Part shown: one piece after another, positions 10,757 to 23,851 of the stretch | Position numbering within the stretch: the stretch's first letter is position 1 | How the letters are laid out: every line of letters starts with the position of its first letter | Source of the DNA: Macrostomum lignano | Taxonomy: Eukaryota | Reading direction: 5' to 3' | DNA length: 64,000 bases | Assembly: GCA_002269645.1 (NCBI GenBank) | Contig: NIVC01003106.1 | Span: 55,100 to 119,099, forward strand | Made by a program: the position numbers and the translations under genes | The notes under the pieces: model-generated | The model's database searches: none | Seen by the model: the letters and a program-made list of their open reading frames with translations, nothing else | What the model was told of the DNA's origin: nothing

Positions 10757-12779
10757 CGAGTGAATCCCAAAGTTGCGCATGTATGGTTATAAATGTATAC
10801 AAAAAATAGTACATGTCTAAATTCTCAAATCTATGCTAATGCTGCCACAATAAATGGCCTTTTTGCATTACAACAGTAAATGACCTTTTTGTGTTATATA
10901 AAGAATTTTTTTGGCAAATAATTTGGTTGCTTTTGTATCTTTCTTTCTTGCCTATACTATCTTCAGTAAAAAATTGATATACACAAAAAATTTTTCAAAT
11001 GCTATTTATGAGCTTAAAAAGTAGAAAGCTAAGAATTTATACTAAAGTTCAAATGAACTTCTATGCTAATTTTTTGCATGATTCTATGAAGTGCTTACCA
11101 GGTGTGCATACATTATTTATTAGGAATCCTTCATACCAACTTTTGGCATGCAAGGCCAATATATACACACATTTTTGGGTACATACTATATGATCTGGAG
11201 TGTGGTCTATTCTGATTAGCTCTGTAAAAAACTAAAATATAATTTTAAATATACCTATATAGTTAATAAGGTAAGTGCTAATCATTATATTAATAAGCTT
11301 GATTATCTTTTTATTAATTCTATTTTAGTAGAACTGAAGTTCCAAAATTTTATTTTGTGATCATAACTAAAATTAAAAATGAAATTCTAATCAAATTAAA
11401 TTAGTCCTAGGCTTTGCCTTGAGCCTCTAGCCAAATTAGATAGATTAGTCATTTTGATAATAAAACATTACAGTAACAACAACAAGACTAGAGTTTAGAC
11501 CCTTTTATAATAAAGTGACAATAATTTTATTAGGAAATAAAATTTTATCTTTGTTAGATTATACCTTGAACAAAGGCCCCTATTATATTATTTATTATTG
11601 CCATTTGAATCTTTCATCTTAAAGGTAGGCCTAGGCCCTTATTAAAACAAATAATAGGGACTTCTAACTTCTAGACTAATAAAAATATAACCAAAATAGC
11701 CTAGATAGAATTGAAATTGAAGTATTTAACTTTTATATTAAATTAGGCCTAATTATTAATAATATTATTATTACCTAGGCCTATTTATATCTTCATGGAG
11801 ACCTAGGCCTAGGGCTAGAAAGGGGCCTAACTAAGTAACTATGTTTGACTAATACATACAATACTAACTAGGCTGGTGGCTGGGTGGGTACGTGGGTAGG
11901 CCTTAAGTTAAAGTTAAACTGACATGATTTCAGTTTCACGATCTATTAGTATTAGGCCTACTCAAATTAAGTAATTTTATATGGGCCAAAGCCAAGTGCC
12001 GCTTGTATTAGAAAAAACTAAATTACAATTTACATAGCACACATGGCAGCCGCAGTAATTTGCTAGGCGTGCCGCGGACATTACATAACAATTATTTTGA
12101 ATCACATTACAGCAATGCATAATAGCCCTCTAGGCCTAATAATAAATATTAAAACACTTGCCAGGGCCTAGCTGGACAGTCCAGCATTGCTGGATTGGAC
12201 TGAAGGAATAATCTTCATCTTACTTTAAAAGCGGCAGTATGTAGTACGTATATTTATCGAGTGGCATAGGAGCAATAACTTAAAATCGCCCATTAAAGAT
12301 CATAAAGTGCGTTTCATAAAGTAGGGCCTAACGAATTTGAGAAGAGCGCACGACGTTTGTCTACGGCTAATTAACTTGCATTTCTTAAAATAATACAAGT
12401 TAAATTATTTAATACAGGACTACCCAAATTTAAGATAATCAATCTGAAAAAAAAGAAAACGAAAATAATCAGTAAAAAAACTGTTTTGAATTACGAGTGA
12501 CTCGTACTGTTGGTATCAATGCAAAAAATAGACAAAATCATACTTTGTTAAACTATTTTGCTGCTTTATTTAAAATCAGTGAGCGCAATGCACATATGAA
12601 CAATGTTATATTTTTTATTTATTGTTTCAGGTATTGCTATGCTATTATTAATACTATTATTGTTATTAATATCATTAACATTGGTAATATTATTAGTATT
12701 GTATTCTATCAAGGCAAGAGCGGGGTCTCCAGTGTGATAAACCGAGTGCTTTCGTCGGTGAGGCGGCACCAAACGAATT

Positions 12780-13655
12780 ATATGGCCCACGGTGCACATC
12801 GTCGCCATTCCAAAGAAGCCGGCTGCAGGAAACACACGGATTGAGGAGCACCGAAAATCAGCCTGCAGTCTGTTCAACTGCTGCTATCGCGGTTGCAGTT
12901 CGCGTATTTGCGGTCTGATCCGAGCGCCGCAGAACAGGTTTCCGGCGCTGTACTGTATCATGACACAAGCGCTGCTGCCTTCTGTGCTGACACCGGACGG
13001 CCTGTCTGATATCTTTGAGAGACATTCTCTGGGGTGTTTCAAGCAGATACGCTTGCGGCGTTCCCGCGTTCGTCCTGGTGCTTTATTCGGTGCTGCAGAC
13101 GTTCCTCTGATCTACTCAATTTAAAGACAACGGCATCCTGCTGCGGCGACGCGTTGGGTCGACGCAATCATAGAGGCGGCTCGGGAGTGCTTGGCTACAC
13201 GGACGACCTCCCCTTGCTGTCCTCGACCTTCGAGGGCGCTGAGCGCCAGCTGGACCGGCTGGTGAGAGTTGCGGCGAGCGTCGCGGATTGGTGGTCAACG
13301 CGCAGAGGACAGAGGACCGTGATTCCGGGGGACATCAACTCTGCGATTTTCTGCCGAGGCGCTGACGGGCAGGTGATGAAGCTTTCCCAGTGTCCGATCA
13401 GCAGTTCCGTCTACCTCGGCGTCGATCTTGCGGACTTGCCTGGGCTGCCTTCCGAATTCTTTGAGGGTCCTGCAGTCCGAGTGCTGTGACCACAGCCGGT
13501 GCTGTTGCTGATGCTGCAGGCACCATACTACCCTCGGGGACAGGTAAGCACTCGGCATTTCGTCGACTGCCTGCTGGTTGATGCCAACGCCCCGGACACT
13601 GCCGGCGGTGCGGCGTACGGTCGCTCTAAGGCCCTGAAACGCGCCCCGTGACGTT
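12780..13655 (+). mobile_element. Degraded non-LTR retrotransposon (RTE-like) RT and C-terminal remnant
   Basis: IVAIPKKP...LIRAPQNRF and GYTDDLPLLS...ERQLDRL (YADD-like) across shifted frames; the C-terminus RHFVDCLL..AL* is shared with 26505-26620. Confidence 0.75.
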
Positions 13656-15079
13656 GTCTTCGCCTCTCATGAATCGCTTGCACTGGCGGACAATAATTCA
13701 CATTGCTACTGTTTGCAATAATATTAATTAGTATTCATACTATTTTATTAGGAGGATTATTAACTGCGAGGATCTGGAAGGGTCTCTCAACAACTGAAGA
13801 TCTGGGATGATGGCGGTGGCCCAGCACGTATACCCGGAGAAATTAGGGAAGGTTTTTTCTAGAAATATACAGAGGACATTAAGCACTGTTTATTTACATG
13901 TATGTCCCCTGAGAACGAGATGAAATGATGTAATTATACTGAGTCATCCTCAATGATTCATTGCTGTCACACTCACACCTCGTCTTTGTGTATTGTTTGG
14001 TGTCACTCAGCAGTCATGTAGATCGAGATCTCGATCCTGCAGACTTCTGCACATGCAATGCGAGTATATTCTGCAATTAATCGAATGATTCTAATCGCAT
14101 TTGAAATTTCAGAGTTCACAGCTCAGACGAATGACACACAACGTACATGTAAGTCATTCGTTATGGTATACTATTTTTTACATAATTTATGAACGACCTT
14201 CGATTATTTTTCTGACCAGTATAGCTATAGTATTTGGCGCAAGTTGTGAGAATATACCAAGCAAAGCGTTAGGCTTAGCAAAGTGTTGGAACATATGTAC
14301 TTAAATCACATTAGTACATGAAAGTGCAATTCCGTCCCGCGTGTGTTTCTTTTCCAGCCAACCATGCAACCCTGAAAATGCGGCTGCATTCATAATAGGC
14401 CGTGGCGCCACATTGTCATCTTGAGCAATGGGTGAGGAAATGCGTACACTATGAGTGCAGTTGTTGTGAGAAGTAGCAGCGCATTTCTACCCTCGCCCTG
14501 CTGAATTTTAGATCTTCTGTAAAACATATCTTCTACATGTATGTACATATATCCTTATAGACTATCGCTTGAAGCATACAGAAAAACCAACTTATTTAGT
14601 TTTGGTGGCATTCAGAACAAAAATAACTGCTTGTCATGTCATTATGCCAACAGCTTTTCAACTTTGTCACCAGCTTTCCAAAGAGACAACAGATGAGGCC
14701 ATTGTTGTGTCGTGGTAAGGAGCCCGTAAAAGGTCCGTTTTACTAACTATCTAAAAGGGGGTATTTTTTCTTACTACTCTAACTGTAAGTAAACGTCTTC
14801 GTAAATGTGATGCAAAATGTGAGACAATAAATGTTGCCAAATTTATCGATAGTGTAATAATTTATTGTTGGATGTCAAATATAAGCGCGGGTTGTCCTAA
14901 CTGGAGCGTACTCTTTTTTTGGCTAAAGTCTCACTTGCCTAATCACTCGCGTTTCCTGTGTTAGTCTATCGAGACACCACAGCCATAATCTCAGCGATTG
15001 AAAAAATGCTTTGCAAGCAATTAAAGACTTGATTGACAAGGGTAAGAATATGCGCGGTTTCCTTAACTTCAAAGGAATT

Positions 15080-17284
15080 AAGGAATTACGATGATGGACT
15101 CAGTGCTGTTTTCATCGCTTCAAAGTTTGGTTATCAACAAGTCTTGGATTCGCTGATCAAAGCCAAAGTCGACATCAATCTTCGGATCAGGAGTGGTGTG
15201 ACACCTCTTCTAATTGCGTCTGAAAATGATTATCAACAAGTCGTAGACTCTCTCATTAGCGCGCAGGCTCTCGTTAATCTCCAAGAGATTACTGCACTGG
15301 CGGCTGTTCACCTCTCTACATTGCATCACAGAATGGTCACAGCATCATAGTAGACTTGCTTATAAAATCCCAAGCCGATGTCAATTTGCAGCAGAACCAA
15401 GGCGGCTCGCCTCTATGTATTGCAGCACAAAATGGTCACCATCTGATCGTAGACTTACTGATTAAAGCCCAAGCCGACGTCAATATTCAACTTTGCACTG
15501 GAGAGTCACCTCTTTACATTGCATCACAGAATGGTTTTCAGCAACTTGTTGAGTTACTCATCAAAGCACAAGCCGATGTAAATCTTCAAAACAGCCAAGG
15601 CGGCTCGCCTCTATACATTGCATCGCACAAAAAGTCGTCAAATTACTTATTGATGCAAAAACCAGCGTCGATCTCCAAGAAACTGGTGGCTGCTCACCGC
15701 TTCTCATGGCGTCACAAAAAGGTCACAAACAAATAGTTCTATTGCTAACCGAAGCGCAAGCGGACACCAATATTCAACTTAAAACTGGCGTAACATCCCT
15801 GATATTTGCATCACAGAACGGTCATCTGCAGGCAGTGAATTCGCTAATTACGTAGTGCCCAAGCCGATGTCAACCACCAGGAGAAGACAGAAGGATGCTC
15901 ACCTGTCTTCGGGAATGGTCATCGGGAAGTTTTAGATTTACTAATCAAAGCGCAAGCAGATGTAAATCTTCAACGAAACACAGGCGAGTCATTTCTTTAT
16001 GTTCCATCGCAGAATGGTTATAAATTTGTTGTCGGCACACTCATCAGAGCGCAAGCCGACATCGATCTTGACAGAACTGATGGCGAGTCACCTCATCTGT
16101 ACATTGCAGCTGAATATGGACATCAGGACGTTGTGGACTCACTAGTTAAAGCCCAAGCTGTCGTCAATGCTAGGGCAGCCGATGGCAGCTCACCGCTCTT
16201 CGTTGCGTCGCAGAATGGCCACCTGAATGTTTCAGAATCTCTCATAAAAGCTAAAGCCGATGCTAATCTTCAAAGAAGCGGTGGTGACTTACCTCTCTTC
16301 ATTGCATCACAAAATGGTCACCAACAAATAGTAGATGCACTCATTAAAGCAAATGCGTTCCTTGATCTCAATGGTTTTGGCGGCTGCTCGCCACTACATT
16401 GCTTCGCAGAATGGGCATCAGAAGGTGGCTGAGGCGTTGATTCTTGCACAAGCCGACGTCAATATTCAAAATGACGCTGGCTGCTCAGCTCTCTACGTTG
16501 CATCTCAAAATGGTCACGAGCAAGCAGTGAAATCACTTATTCGAGCAAAAGCTGAAGTCAACGCTCAGCGAAAATCTGGCGAGACACCTCTAATAATTGC
16601 GTCTCAAAATGGTCATCGTCAAGTTGTAAACTTGCTCATTAAAGCACAAGCTGACGTGAATATTCTAAGAAACAATAACAAGTCACCACTCCACTATGCA
16701 TCACAGAAAGAGCATTTGCGAATTGTTGAATCTGTGATACGAGCACAAGCCGACATGAATATCCAACGTAAATCCGGCTGCTCACCTCTTTACCTTGCGG
16801 CGCAGAACGGTCACAGTCTCGTTGTGGACCTACTCATCAAGGCACAAGCGGACGTCGATCTTCGACGTAACACTGGCGCCACACCTCTCTACATTGCATC
16901 CCGCAATGACAAATTAACTGTAGTGAATTCACTTATCAAAGCGCATGCCGATGCAAATCTTCGGTGCAACACTGGCGAGTCACCTCTGTATGTTGCATTG
17001 CAGAATGGCCATGATCGGATAGTGAAGTTACTCATCTGGGCTCAAGCCGATATCAATATTCAATGAAAACTGGCGAGTCACCTCTCTACATTGCAGCACA
17101 GAATGGTCACAATAAAGTTTTAGAGCTACTTCTATTTGCCGCAAATGCTGATCATTCAAAAAAGTGTCTTCAAACTTTATTGCTCCGTGCTCAAGAATTT
17201 GGCAACGAAGTGGCTGCTAGAATGCTTATTTTTGCACTAGAAGGCGCTAATCAGCCGAATAATGAAGATTCTAAAAAGGTTTGA
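15080..17284 (+). pseudogene. Intronless ankyrin-repeat gene (~20 repeats), multiply frameshifted
   Basis: Tandem GxSPLYIASQNGHxxVVxLLIKAQADVN units, with at least six frame breaks or small deletions. Confidence 0.85.
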
Positions 17285-19894
17285 AATGATGGTATTATTT
17301 ATTTTTGATGATTATAAGAAAATGTAAATTAAAAAATACGTCCTTTGTCCCTTGTGTCCTTTGAAACCCCTTCATAAAAGCAACATGCCCGCTCAAGGTT
17401 TAAATTGTGTCTCATCAACTCTCTCTCTCTCTCTCTTCTCACCTCCCCCTCTTCTCTCCCCTCTTCTCTCCTCTTATCTTTTAAAATCTGTTCTCTGATC
17501 CCATCTCACGCCTCTCCTATCCTGTCTCATTTCTCATCTTCGAGTCTTTCTCATTTCCTCTCTCATTTGTCTCTCATCCATGAGCTGAATTCTTTACCTG
17601 GCCCTTGAGATAAAGAAGCACTTAAGTTAAACACATGTAACTACCGTTATTCTCACTCGTCCCTCTCAGAGCCGCTCCCTCAGTTCTCAGCGAATCAGCC
17701 CCTAGCCAGCAGCTGCACTCAAAACTCTCTATCGGGATTCGTAGACTCGAGAGCCGCCTTGCAGAGCGCCGTGGCTGATGTCCTGCAGGATTTTCTAAGG
17801 AGAAGAAGAGAGAAGAAGATTATTTCTCTCAAAACTTCATTCTCTCTCTGGTCAATAAAGCTTTTTAAGTCAGCTAAGCCAAGAATTTGGCGCCAAAAAA
17901 TTGTTTATGCTCTATTGTTTCTCTCTGCCCAGTCCAAAATTTAGACTCTCAGCTATTGGCCTCGCAGAGGCAAGAATTAGGTGGAAAGCACTTACGTATT
18001 GTACCCTGGCCGAGAGAATGAGACCGAGTGACTGGGGAGCGATCTGCTACTGAGAGTAGCGAGTGTGAGGAGTGAGAAACGTTTTACTATCAGTTCGAAG
18101 CATGTTGCCAGTGCCAGTGGACTGTGAGGGCATCTCATCCCTTCCGGCTATGAAAGTCGTTGCAGCCCCTGCTGTAAAATTTGCGAAATGCCATCAAGAC
18201 GCCTTGTAGGCTTGTTGTACTTGTACTCGTAGGCTATAAGCCGCTGGACTCATTTCAAACAATCATGTGTTCAACAACAACAAAGACCTCATTCCACCGA
18301 CCACACGAAGAGGCCAAAGGGAGGTATTGAACTGAACTGTAAAGTATTGAACTGAAATCCTTGTAGTTACTGTAAGTCTGTTTATGGGAGATTTGGGCAG
18401 ACACATGACCTTTGAGCAGTTGGAAATAAGTAAAACGATGTCGCCGAAGGCTTTGCGCTGAGGTGCAAATTGTCTCTAGTGAATATTATTGCATGCAATA
18501 TTAATTTTAGTCCTTAAAATATTATATGCATAATAAATATATTTACTTGTGAATGGTACTAAAACCTTTGGACTTTGTTTTAAAATACTTACCTTACTTT
18601 GCGAGTAGCACATAGATTGTTTATATCAAATTTGAAAACCAATCGTTGGAATTAATATAGTTGTTCAAAGGTGTCACGTTATTTGATGTTGTCCGTGACC
18701 CTTAAAAGGGCCGTTTTAGTCCCAAAAGAATCGAGTCAAGTCTTGATAGCGGATTTGTGTAGCGGAGCACTTGGCATACAAGGCCGGAAACTGGCCGTAG
18801 TTGGTTATTATTGTTGAGATCAATATTCGATGCGGTTAATATCAATATAGAACTTATTGCGCTTTGGGGCACTGGCGGCTGCAACAATGGTTTTGAATTG
18901 AAGGTGAGTTAGAGATTGTAGTCGAGTGGTAGGCGAGTGATGCAAGACGATGCAACGTGGTGAGTAACGGCGATGAGTACAACAGTGGCAGATGCGTAGT
19001 GGTGAGATTGGCGTTAGCCGTGGCAGACAGTGGCAGGCAGTGTAACAGGCTGGCCCAGACAGAGAGAAGGAAAACAAGAGTCGCGAAGAACAAACAAGCA
19101 CAGCACGAAGGAAAGAAAAGAAAGTGAAAAACCAGCCCGCCGCCAGACGGGGGGTTTAATAAAGGAGCGCAGAGGGGGGGTAGCGCGAAGCACGAGTGGT
19201 TTTCATTGGCTGGCGAGAGAACTTAAAATTATCGATCGTGCCAAAATTTACAGACGGGCGCAAGGTCTATCAAATACACAGTGAATTAGCAGTTGATAAA
19301 AATTATTTGCACGCTACTATAAGTAAACGTTAAAATAAACTATTGGAGGAATTAATATGAGAAATTACAAGGGAAATTATAGTCCAGCGGCCCTTTTCGG
19401 GACCACCTTAAACTGACAACGTCACAAAGGCATGCACACACCGTACTGCTGGAATCATTTAGGTGCTCTGCTCTACTTGTTGATTTTAAGTATACCCCTG
19501 TAAGTTAATTGCACATTTCTTAAAAAACGAAATTTACTGGTTTTTAATTTTGATTATGAACCGTGTTATTTATGAAAAACTCGGCTTGTAGTAGCTACGG
19601 TTCATTTCTTTGCCCTCTAAGTCGTGAGTTGAACTTACGGCCGTTGCAACTCCAATATCCACACCTCTCTCTACCACACTATACTACTGTCTAGACGGTG
19701 ATGTCAAAAGGAAAGTGCTTGAGGGGAAATGTCCGTAAGTCTTAATGTATCTACAGGGGAACATAGAAACGCCTTCACAATTCATCACTAGGTTCGACAT
19801 TTTTAAATCCACGCATTGGTTTAATTAGCCTAAATCTAAAAAATCGATTACTTTTTACAGCCCGGAGAATTCACAGCTGTGCCAGACGCGCACA

Positions 19895-21357
19895 ATGGAT
19901 GATGAGGACTTCGACTTAAAAATCAATTTGGACTGTGTGAATTCGAATTCGAATCCAACTGGAGCGAGGCAGACAGCCAGTGCAGAGAGTGGCACAATGA
20001 ATTGCTCAAAGCCTGCCATAATGACGACATTGATAGAGCAGAACAGAATAGCAAGGACACTAAAAAGTGCATTGAGGATCAGTATGATATACAAGCGAAG
20101 GCACTGCTGTTTCTGGCAGCTGTCACGTCCGATGTCCAGCTGTTAAAATTCTCTGCTGACAGACGTCCTGATCCGTGCCTCAGAGTGAGAAGCGACGAAT
20201 TCAACAACATGCTTCACTTTGCCTGTTGCTGCAAGCAGACAGGTTCGGCAGTCCAATCACTGCAAATTATTTGCGACAAATGTGGACAACAGTTGGTCGA
20301 AGAGCCGAATGCTGAGATGAAAACACCTTTGCACATTTCTGCTCAAAACAGCGAAAACCCAGATTTTCTTCGTTGGCTTGCTTCCACGATAAAAGACAAA
20401 CGGCAGTTCTTCATTCCAGACGAGGATGGATTTCAAGAGTGCCGTGCATGTTGCTTTCCAATATCAAAACTTGGAGGCTCTTCAGAAATTAGCAACGGCG
20501 GTCGGTTTGAAAAACTGCCTTTCCGTCAAATGCCGAGGAAGACAGATTTTACACATTTCGGCAATGAGCAGTGAGAATCCTTCAGTGCTACTATGGCTCG
20601 CTTCCGAAGTTGAAGACAAGCAGCGATTCTTCGATCCAGACAAGGATGGAACGAGTGCTGTGTATAATGCCTTTAGATGCCAAGACTTGGAACACTCTTC
20701 AGACATTGCCAAAGGAACTCGGTTTGGAACTGTGCGCTTCCGCCAAGGGTCCCAGAAGTCGGACAATTTGCATGCGGCAGCTGAAAACAATATGAATCAG
20801 TCAGTGCTTCTGTGGCTCGCTTCCGAAGTTAACAAGCAGCGATTCTTTGATCCAGACGAGGATGGAAAGACAGTCGTGTATGCTGCATCTAAAAATCAAG
20901 ACTTGGAGACATTTCAGGCATTAGCAACGGAACTCGGTTTGCAAAACTGCCTTTCCGCCAAAGGCTCGAGAAATCAAACGATTTTGCATTCTGCAGCTAA
21001 AAACAGCGAGAATCAGTCGGCGTTTCTTTGGCTTGTCTCTGAAGTTGAAGTCAAGCAGCGATTTTTCGATATCGACAATGATGGAGAGAGTGCGGTGTAC
21101 GTTGCTTTCAAACATCAAGCATTGGAAGCTCTTCAAACGTTGGCTTAAAAAATCGATTTAAAGAAAGCATTTCTGTTAAAAGCCTCAAAAACCGAACAAT
21201 TTTACACGCTGCAGCAGAAAACAGTGAGAATCCGGCAGTGCTTCTGTGGCTGGCTTCCGAAGTTGAAGACATGTTTAATGGTTGTCGTTTTGAAATGGAA
21301 CAGCTGAGATATCGACCGTTAATGGATGGTAACTCCGGACAGAAGTTTCTTGGGTGA
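19895..21357 (+). pseudogene. Divergent ankyrin-like repeat gene (~70-aa paired unit), frameshifted
   Basis: Repeated TILHxAAxNSENxSVLLWLASEV and FFDPDxDGxSAVYxA motifs, continuing across frame breaks near 20000, 20425, 20690/20765 and 21145. Confidence 0.75.
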
Positions 21358-21903
21358 CTTAAAAGACGCTTCACTACAACTCAGACGATTTAGAGCTTTC
21401 GATCAACGTAAGCCTAATGTAGACCAATCGATCTTTGCGACTCGTCTCTCAGTAGCGTCTCTTTGTTCCCTAATGTCTCTAATGTCCCCTTTTGTGGCAA
21501 TTCTTTGTTTTTGGCACATATTTTAACAAAAACTCAGTCTTTTTAGCTTTTGCTTAACATTTTCAGCTTTTATCTCCACAACTAGAACCATCCCCGATCC
21601 TATCCCAATATCCTAGCTACGTTAATGTGGTCTCACGCTTCCCCTCTGTTGCTCCCTTTTTCTCTCGTTTTTTTGTTTTTTTCTCTGACAGTTTGTTGCT
21701 CAAAGTTTCCATGGAAACGAAACATGAGACAGTCCCAAGAAAATATAACTCAGCCTCAGAGGACCTGAGGCCTGAGACTTTCTTATTAAAGCAGGGTTTT
21801 ACTACCCCGGCTTTGCGTCAATTCAAAAATTTCTCAAACCTACTCGTTAAGTCTCTTAATCAGTTCAGTCAGCTTATTCCGACTTACTGGACGACGTTCA
21901 ATA

Positions 21904-23851
21904 ATGTCTTTAGCGAGCATTGTCATCATTGTGGCCATCTGGAGCTCTCGAGCTGCCGGTGTGACCTTCGTCTTCGACAAGAGGCCGGACCTGTGCTTCG
22001 CGGAGGCGGCCCCGGCTGCTGGCGACCAGCGCAAAGTGTTCGGAGTTTTTGACTCTCGAGTGTGCGCGGTTGAGTGCGCGGTTAACACCACTGTGTGCTC
22101 TGTCTACCAGTACCTGCCTGGCACCAAAACCTGCGTCCTTGGCAACAGCTGCGACCTCTTGCTAAAGTGGCAGAGCACCGAGGGGCCGACGTGCGACACG
22201 CAGACGCTTCGAAATCGGGCAGCTTGTGGCTCTACGAGCGCCACAACTACAGCCTTGACTACAACATCCACAACACCAACTACCACTACAACACCAGCTA
22301 CCACTACAAAAACAACTACCACTACAACATCAGCTACCACTACAATACCAGCTACCACTACTAAACCAACTACCACTACAACACCAACTACCACTACAAC
22401 ATCAACTACCACTACAAAACCAACTACCACTGCAACACCAACTACCACTACAACACCAACTACCACTACAAAACCAACTACCACTACAACACCAACTACC
22501 ACTACAAAACCAGCTACCACTACAAAACCAACTACCACTACAACACCAACTACCACTACAACACCAACTACCACTACAACACCAACTGCAACTACGTCAC
22601 CAACTACAACTACGTCACCAACTACAACTACGACACCAACTACCACTACAACTGAAACTACAACACCAAATACCACTACAACATCTGCTACCACTACAAC
22701 ATCAACTACCACTACAACACCAACTACCACTACAAAACCAACTACCACTACAACACCAACTACCACTACAAAACCAGCTACCACTACAAAACCAACTACC
22801 ACTACAACACCTGCTACCACTACAACATCAACTACCACTACAACACCAACTACCACTACAACACCAACTACCACTACAACATCAACTACCACTACAACTG
22901 AAACTACGACACCAACTATTACCAGTGCGCCAGCCGATTTTATTTGTGAGTCGAGCGCAGGAACTTCTTTCTAACCAAACTCGTTCGAGCGTACATGCCG
23001 GGTTCTGGGTGCTATTAGAAAACACTGTAACTGATTCGATCGAACTCTATGCAGCTCCTCCAACAGACTCGAGCAACCAAACTGGATCGGTGATGACTTT
23101 CATTCCGCCGGCCGATGGCTGCTATCAAATATCGGCTTGGGGCGCGAGTGGTGGCAAGTCATCCGCTAACGCAAACGGCGGCAGAGGCGCATTCAAGAGC
23201 GCCAATTTCAGGCTGGTCACGTCGCAAACTCTCACGGTTGTTGTTGGTAAGCCGGGAAACAGCGGCAGCAGTGGCGGAGGAGGCGGGGGAGGTGGCAGTT
23301 TTGTGTACACAGACGGCGCTGAGAAGCTGCTGCTGGCGGCCGGCGGAGGAGGAGGCGGCGGTGCCGAGTCTTCCTCGTCGGTCGGCAGAGACGGAACAAG
23401 CAGCACTGAAAGCTCTTGCGGGACATCAGACGGGCAAGGCGGTGAAGGAGACAGCAATGATAACTCGGGAGCCGGCGGAGCTGGCTGGAGTTCAGACGGA
23501 ACAGCGCAAGCCACGGACAAAGGCGGAGGCTACGGTGGAAGAAGCATTGGAGGCAACTGGGCCGGGGGCAACGGTGGGTCGGACAGCAACGGGTTCGGCG
23601 GCTACGGCGGAGGCGGCGGAGGCGGCAGCAACTCTGGAGCTCCTCCTGACGGCCGTGGTGGAGGCGGCGGCGGAGGCGGCGGCTACTCTGGCGGCTGCGG
23701 AGGATCCGGCGACAGCGAGGACGGCTACGGAGGCGGCGGCGGCAGCTATGCGAGCTCATCCGGCAAGAAGATCGCTGGAAAGCCAGGCAGCAACAACGAC
23801 GTCTTCGGCAAGGTGAACATCGCTCAGGTTGACGACTCCCTGTGCGCTTAG
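21904..23851 (+). CDS. Secreted protein: signal peptide, PAN/apple-like domain, Thr-rich mucin stalk, ALK/LTK-type glycine-rich domain
   Basis: Exons 21904-22945 and 23055-23851; the GTGAGT...TATGCAG phase-1 intron restores the frame. Motifs YQISAWGASGG, VVVGKPG, GGGGSFV, LLLAAGGGGG, GGGGGSY, GKVNI; no TM helix. Confidence 0.85.
22240..22925 (+). repeat. 18-bp coding repeat (TTPTTT) forming the mucin-like stalk
   Basis: ACAACACCAACTACCACT and variants, over about 35 units. Confidence 0.95.

Noticed and set aside
18854-19093. Signal-peptide-like minus-strand ORF
   Set aside because: It starts at TTG, is short and has no splice or homology support.
18695-19405. ~20-bp imperfect inverted repeats (GACCCTTAAAAGGGCCG / CGGCCCTTTTCGGGACC)
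   Set aside because: Too short and degenerate, with no TSD; possibly an old MITE but unsupported.
15080-21357. Bacterial or viral horizontal origin of the ankyrin genes
   Set aside because: Lack of introns alone is insufficient, similar repeats are common in invertebrates, and a phylogeny is needed.
22104-22892. Val-rich 262-aa minus-strand ORF
   Set aside because: Antisense shadow of the Thr-rich coding repeat.
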